From: Gammaproteobacteria bacterium
Lineage (GTDB): Bacteria; Pseudomonadota; Gammaproteobacteria; JAJDOJ01
Length of the DNA: 52,934 nucleotides
NCBI GenBank assembly: GCA_022340215.1
Contig: JAJDOJ010000202.1
Location: forward strand, 1 to 52,934
Direction of reading: 5' to 3'
Shown one piece after another: positions 48,440 through 52,934 of the stretch. Each line of letters begins with the position of its first letter. The stretch's first letter is position 1. Both the position numbers and the translations under genes were made by a program. A model generated the notes under the pieces. The model did not search any database. It was not told where the DNA came from and saw only the letters and a list, made by a program, of their open reading frames with translations.

Positions 48440-48847
48440 ATGATTGGAGCCGATGCCGGTGACGATGCGGTTCGCCTGGACAAGTGGCTTTGGGCAGCGA
48501 GACTGTTCAAGACACGGGGACTGGCGGCCCAGGCCATCACGGGCGGGAAGGTACACGTCAATGGGGAACGGGTGAAGGCTGCAAGACGGGTGAGGACCGG
48601 GGACACCCTCGAGGTGACGCGCGGCAGCGAGCAGATGAAGGTTGTTGTCCGGGGGCTCGCCCTGCGTCGGGGTCCGGCTTCGGAAGCCGCACACCTGTAC
48701 GGGGAAACCGACGAAAGCAGGGTCCGTCGAGAACGGGAGCACGAAGCAAAGCGGCTTGCGAACATCACCGTGCACAGACCGAACCGTCGGCCGGACAAAC
48801 GCCAGAGGAAGACCCTCCGCCAACTGGGCGGGAAGGACCGATCGTGA
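48440..48847 (+). CDS. hslR: Ribosome-associated heat shock protein Hsp15 (S4 RNA-binding domain)
   Basis: 135 aa; VRLDKWLWAARLFKTR…A…I.GGKVHVNG is the HslR S4-domain signature, with a basic C-terminal tail. Confidence 0.85.
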   Translation: MIGADAGDDAVRLDKWLWAARLFKTRGLAAQAITGGKVHVNGERVKAARRVRTGDTLEVTRGSEQMKVVVRGLALRRGPASEAAHLYGETDESRVRREREHEAKRLANITVHRPNRRPDKRQRKTLRQLGGKDRS

Positions 48848-49284
48848 CGCGCCCGGTTACGCCGTTGCTGGCGGTGGATGTCGTCATTCGCGTGAGCGAT
48901 GAAGGCGGCGGATACGGGATCGTGCTCATCGAGCGACGCAATCCGCCGTTCGGATGGGCGTTTCCCGGCGGATTCGTCGACATCGGAGAGACCCTGGAGT
49001 CGGCCGCGGTGCGGGAAATGCGCGAGGAAACGAGCCTCGATGTGACACTCGAGGCGCTCCTGGGTTGCTACTCCGATCCCTCCCGCGATGCCCGGGGACA
49101 CACGGTGAGCGCAGTCTATATCGGCTCCGCGCCAGGGATACCGATGGCCGCGGACGACGCAAAAACAATCCGTGTTGTGAATCCGCAGGATCCGGGTGTC
49201 GAACTGGCCTTCGATCACCATCTGATCCTGGAGGACTACCTTGCATGGCGCGAGTCGGGCAGACCGGCCCCGCTCAGGGCCTGA
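48844..49284 (+). CDS. NUDIX hydrolase
   Basis: The GTG at 48844 overlaps the hslR stop (GTGA). The Nudix box GGFVDIGETLESAAVREMREETSL is present; about 146 aa. The longer ORF from 48484 overlaps hslR out of frame and is rejected. Confidence 0.8.
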   Translation: MTRPVTPLLAVDVVIRVSDEGGGYGIVLIERRNPPFGWAFPGGFVDIGETLESAAVREMREETSLDVTLEALLGCYSDPSRDARGHTVSAVYIGSAPGIPMAADDAKTIRVVNPQDPGVELAFDHHLILEDYLAWRESGRPAPLRA

Positions 49285-49285
49285 G

Positions 49286-50293
49286 CTACAGGCGATAGTA
49301 TTCCCGGTACCACTCGACGAAACGCCGAACCCCCGTTTCCACAGATGTCTGTGGTTTGTAGCCGACGTCACGCACCAGATCCGAAACCTCGGCGTAGGTG
49401 TCGGGTACGTCTCCCGGCTGAAGCGGCAGCAGGTTCTGCTTCGCCTCGATCCCCAGGCAGTCCTCCAGCACCTTGATGTAGTGTCTCAACTCGACGGGCG
49501 CGTTGTTGCCGATGTTGTAGAGTCGCCAGGGAGCCGCGCTGGTGGCGGTGTCCGGCGTGTCCCCATTCCAGTCCGGGTTCGGTTCGGGTATCGAGCCCAG
49601 CGTTCGAATCACACCCTCGACGATATCGTCGATATAAGTGAAGTCCCGGCGATGATTGCCGAAGTTGAACACGTCGATGGGTTTACCCGCGAGGATCCGG
49701 GCGGTGAACAGGAACAGCGCCATGTCGGGACGTCCCCACGGCCCATAGACGGTGAAAAACCGCAGGCCAGTGGTCGGAATCCGGTATAGATGGCTGTAGA
49801 CGTGCGCCATCAGCTCGTTCGCCTTCTTGCTGGCCGCGTAGAGGCTCAGAGGGTGGTCGACGTTATCGTGTACCGAAAACGGCATGCGGGTGTTGGCCCC
49901 GTAGACCGAACTGCTCGAGGCATAGACCAGGTGCTCGATCCGGTGGTTGCGACAGCCCTCGAGGATGTGTAGGAAGCCGACGAGGTTGGTGTCCACATAG
50001 GCGTGCGGGTTCTCGATCGAATACCGCACACCCGCCTGGGCCGCCAGATTGACGACGCGTTGGGGGCGATGCGTCTCGAAAACCTGCTCGATCGCGGCGC
50101 GGTCCTCCAGGCTGACACGCATGTCGGTGTACGAATCGTAGGCCCGGGTACGCTCGAGGCGCGCCTCCTTGAGGCGGACATCGTAGTAGTCGTTGAGATT
50201 ATCGATACCCACGACCTCGTCCCCGCGTTCGAGGAGTCTGAGGGATAGCGCCGAACCGATAAATCCCGCGGAACCCGTCACCAGTACCTTCAT
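49286..50293 (-). CDS. NAD-dependent epimerase/dehydratase, UDP-glucuronate 4-epimerase-like
   Basis: 335 aa; [14 protein letters not shown] Rossmann motif, YxxxK (YAASKKANE), and overall similarity to CapI/WbnF-type epimerases. Confidence 0.85.
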   Translation of the reverse strand: MKVLVTGSAGFIGSALSLRLLERGDEVVGIDNLNDYYDVRLKEARLERTRAYDSYTDMRVSLEDRAAIEQVFETHRPQRVVNLAAQAGVRYSIENPHAYVDTNLVGFLHILEGCRNHRIEHLVYASSSSVYGANTRMPFSVHDNVDHPLSLYAASKKANELMAHVYSHLYRIPTTGLRFFTVYGPWGRPDMALFLFTARILAGKPIDVFNFGNHRRDFTYIDDIVEGVIRTLGSIPEPNPDWNGDTPDTATSAAPWRLYNIGNNAPVELRHYIKVLEDCLGIEAKQNLLPLQPGDVPDTYAEVSDLVRDVGYKPQTSVETGVRRFVEWYREYYRL

Positions 50294-50753
50294 GGTTGCT
50301 CCCAGTCCAGATTTTCGCTCATTAAATCAATGCCTCAAGGTGGGCGGGTATCATACCAGAGTGACCGGTTAGCAGTTCCCCGTGGGTTTCGCGCCCCGGG
50401 CCCGCGTCGTGTGTGGCAGCAAACTGACGGGCTGATGCGATACAGCTACAATTATGAGAACATATACGGACTCGATGCACGGGAATTCCAGTAAGTCCCC
50501 GGCCGGGGATCGATTCACAGAACCCGAGTGATTCCGGCAGCTTAGCGTCGCCTGGTATGCCTCTGCGAGGCCCCGGCGCAGGGTTGCCAGGGTGGCGTCA
50601 CGACCGGGTCGAGTTGAGCGTATTTGTTGATCCAGTGCGCAGTTGGCGTGAGCGCGGGTAGCAAAATCTTTGATTTTTCGCTATGAGAATATCGGCGGGG
50701 TTGATTTTTGCGCCTGCAAAGTCACATGGCTCCTGAACGGCAGGGAACAAGAT

Positions 50754-52040
50754 ATGGGCATTCGCAGCGAAATGAACAAGAATTGTGCGGAAGCATCCAG
50801 AACCGGGGGGGGATCGCTTCCCGTGCTGGGGGTGAAAAGGGTTCGTTTATCCTTGGTGGCTGCCCTGATCGCTTTTCTGGTTCCCTCGTTGGCGTGGGGC
50901 GAGGCGTGGCAACTGGAGCCGGAGTTCAGCCTCGGCGGCAACTACAACACCAATTTCAGGCTGTCCACCACGAACCAGCAAGAGGTCGGGACCGGAAGCG
51001 TGGCCGGCGCCCTCAAGTTCAGTCGTCTCACCGAGTCTTATGAGATTGCAGGCCTAGTGCGTCTGAACTTCCTCGGCTATGTCGGGGATACCGAGAACTT
51101 GTCGAACCAGGGAGACCAGCTTTTCGGTTTCGAGTCGAAGAAGAAGTTCGAGCGATCCAATATTGGTCTCGACGTGTTGTGGAGGCGCGACACGGTGCTT
51201 CGCAGCATCAATGTGGTGGCGAACCCGGATAATCCGGCCATCGAGCCGGACCAGTCGGTCGACAACGACATCGTGACGGAGAACATTCGCCGCAATCAGA
51301 TCACTGCGCGCCTGCCGATCGATTATGATCTTACGGAGCGAGATCAGGTGGGTGCAAGGTTGCTGTTCAATGCCTCACTGTATGCGGAGAACCCATTTCT
51401 GAACGACTTCCGGCAAGGTGGGCTGCGGCTTGATTACTCCCGCAAGCTGACGGAGAAGGACAATCTCATCGCCCTGGCCCAGGCATCGCGCTTTGATTCG
51501 GACAGCGGGCAAACCACGGACAACTACGAGATACAGGCAGGATACCAGTACGCATTCTCTGAAACGACGAAAGCGGGATTCACCGCAGGTGGTCGCTATA
51601 CGGTGTTCGACAACCCCGGTCCTGGAGAAGACGGCACGAATACCGGATGGGTCGCGCGGTTACAGGCCTCGAAGATCACCGGTCAGGCGCGATTTGATGT
51701 CAGGCTCGAGAGAAACCTCTCGCCCAGCGGCGTGGGCAATCTGGTGGAAACCGACGAGGTCAACGCGAACATGAGTTATCAGCTTGCCGAACGATGGAGC
51801 TTCGCGTTACGTACACGGCTGTTTCAGAACGAAAACATCGAAAACCCACAATCGGGAAGTAACCGGCGGTACTTCCAGATCCTGCCCGCGTTGACGTATC
51901 GGATTACACCCGATTGGCGCGTTGAAGCGGCATACCGGTACGTCAGGCAGAAGCGATTCAACGAACCCGAAAGCGCTGACAGCAACACGGTTTTTCTCAA
52001 CTTTCGTTGGACGAAGCTGACACCGATCGATTCGCTCTAG
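50754..52040 (+). CDS. Putative outer-membrane beta-barrel protein of an exopolysaccharide (possibly PEP-CTERM-associated) locus
   Basis: A signal peptide (…VKRVRLSLVAALIAFLVPSLAWG) suggests GTG 50832 is an alternative start. Alternating hydrophobic beta-strand patterning runs throughout (…AGFTAGGRYTVF…, …RVEAAYRYV…, VFLNFRW). It lies immediately upstream of a Wzz-like gene. Confidence 0.6.
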   Translation: MGIRSEMNKNCAEASRTGGGSLPVLGVKRVRLSLVAALIAFLVPSLAWGEAWQLEPEFSLGGNYNTNFRLSTTNQQEVGTGSVAGALKFSRLTESYEIAGLVRLNFLGYVGDTENLSNQGDQLFGFESKKKFERSNIGLDVLWRRDTVLRSINVVANPDNPAIEPDQSVDNDIVTENIRRNQITARLPIDYDLTERDQVGARLLFNASLYAENPFLNDFRQGGLRLDYSRKLTEKDNLIALAQASRFDSDSGQTTDNYEIQAGYQYAFSETTKAGFTAGGRYTVFDNPGPGEDGTNTGWVARLQASKITGQARFDVRLERNLSPSGVGNLVETDEVNANMSYQLAERWSFALRTRLFQNENIENPQSGSNRRYFQILPALTYRITPDWRVEAAYRYVRQKRFNEPESADSNTVFLNFRWTKLTPIDSL

Positions 52041-52080
52041 TAATACGTCTCGATCGGGAAGGTTTTGTTCGATACCAAGG

Positions 52081-52242
52081 TAAGGCGATTTCTGTCAAAT
52101 GACATACCATCCAGCTTGTCTTTTCATCCGTCCCCTGTGTTGCGACAACAGTGACATAGTTCGACTATGCGCCTGATGTCGCGCCTTGATGACGAACGAA
52201 AATCCAGCGCGATCTGGTATGCCACTTTCCGGCAATCGCCTA
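52081..52242 (+). repeat. Palindromic MITE-like repeat, full copy B
   Basis: 162 nt, TA-flanked and in the same orientation as copy A. I counted about 16 substitutions and 1 indel relative to copy A by eye. The termini and central hairpin are the same. Confidence 0.7.
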
Positions 52243-52355
52243 AACTGTCAGTGCGGACTTGAGCGAGGAATTAGCCGTGTATGGGCAGTGTCGCAGTGAA
52301 AGGGTGAATAGAGATGACTCGCTGCCGTTATGCGGTAGACGAACGCAGGTAATAC

Positions 52356-52934
52356 ATGGAAAAGAAGGATCGCCAGGCAGGGTATGAGCTGCGCGAGTAT
52401 GTCGGCATACTCCGCCGCAGGAAGCGGGAGATCTTTCTCCCGGCAGCCGGTATTCTTCTGCTGGCAATCCTGGCTGCATTCCTGCTTCCCGTTGTTTACC
52501 GGGCCCCCGCAACTATCCTGATCGAGAGTCAGGATGTCCCCGAGACCTTTGTGGAGGCGACGGTACGCAAAGAACTGGCCGAGCAGGTGCAGGGGGTCAT
52601 GTTGCGTGTATTGGACAAGGATACCCTGCTAGGGATCGTTGATTCGCACAATCTTTTTCTCGACGAGAGAGACGAACTGCTACCGGCGCAGCTAGCCGGA
52701 ATGTTGCGTGGGTCCATCGGGATGGAGATTGCACAGTTTCAGGCAGTGAAGTCTGAAGATACTGCAACAGCTACCATGGCGATCCAGGTCTATGCCGATC
52801 TCGACGAGCCCGTCGCCGCGGCCGACGTCTCGAACGAAATTGCGGAACTGTTCCTTGAGCAAGACCGTGCCATGCGGCAGGAGGAAGCAGAGTCCGTGTA
52901 TAACTTCCTGCAGGGTGAGGGCGAGAAGCTCAAT
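52356..52934 (+). CDS. Polysaccharide chain-length determinant (Wzz/GumC-like) protein, 3-prime end cut by window edge
   Basis: The ATG at 52356 opens a frame that stays open to the window end (193 codons); it is absent from the ORF track because it has no stop. MEKKDRQAGYELREYVGILRRRKREIFLPAAGILLLAILAAFLLPVVYRA… is the Wzz N-terminal region plus TM1, followed by a periplasmic domain. Confidence 0.7.
   Translation, partial: MEKKDRQAGYELREYVGILRRRKREIFLPAAGILLLAILAAFLLPVVYRAPATILIESQDVPETFVEATVRKELAEQVQGVMLRVLDKDTLLGIVDSHNLFLDERDELLPAQLAGMLRGSIGMEIAQFQAVKSEDTATATMAIQVYADLDEPVAAADVSNEIAELFLEQDRAMRQEEAESVYNFLQGEGEKLN

Overview
GC-rich (about 60% by eye) chromosomal segment with gammaproteobacterial gene order, densely coding on both strands and mostly housekeeping. 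No tRNA, rRNA, CRISPR array, transposase or integrase was seen by eye. All family calls come from motif and architecture recognition in the translated ORFs; no searches were run.

Gene content, left to right:
- prkA (5-prime truncated)-yeaH-spoVR/ycgB stress trio.
- An orphan ZnuA-like metal-binding protein.
- A decayed RND efflux locus (frameshifted adaptor, internally deleted pump) and a TsaA/TrmO remnant.
- DUF2069-wrbA-arsC, acylphosphatase, proS, a MIF-like tautomerase, a DUF4124 protein, a LysR regulator, hypothetical plus PerM-like transporter, PIN-PhoH ATPase, gcvR, dapA-bamC, folE2.
- The xseB-ispA-dxs operon.
- A rubrerythrin / CCG Fe-S protein / EncFtn-like / DUF3501 operon.
- A divergent FAAL-ACP / DUF374 acyltransferase pair.
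- radA, paeA(yfjD)-like, ypjD.
- A Bacillus-type three-subunit sdhCAB, a periplasmic-sensor GAF-GGDEF-EAL protein and a class-II-like cyclic nucleotide phosphodiesterase.
- ffh-rpsP-rimM-trmD-rplS, a GATase1 protein, htpG-hslR-NUDIX.
- The start of an exopolysaccharide locus: UDP-glucuronate 4-epimerase-like gene, outer-membrane barrel, Wzz-like gene truncated by the window end.

Most notable observations:
1. A four-gene operon joins an erythrin-type rubrerythrin, a heterodisulfide-reductase-like Fe-S protein, an encapsulated-ferritin homologue with no shell gene or targeting tail in this window, and DUF3501. It sits behind a sigma70-like promoter overlapped by a Fur/PerR-like palindrome.
2. 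A roughly 163-nt palindromic, TA-flanked MITE-like repeat is present in two full copies and one half copy. One full copy lies inside the xseB-ispA-dxs operon.
3. Gene decay is clear at the RND efflux locus.
4. A split Aas-like FAAL-ACP plus LPLAT-like pair is present.
5. A 7.8-kb block lies between ypjD and ffh, which are direct neighbours in E. coli.
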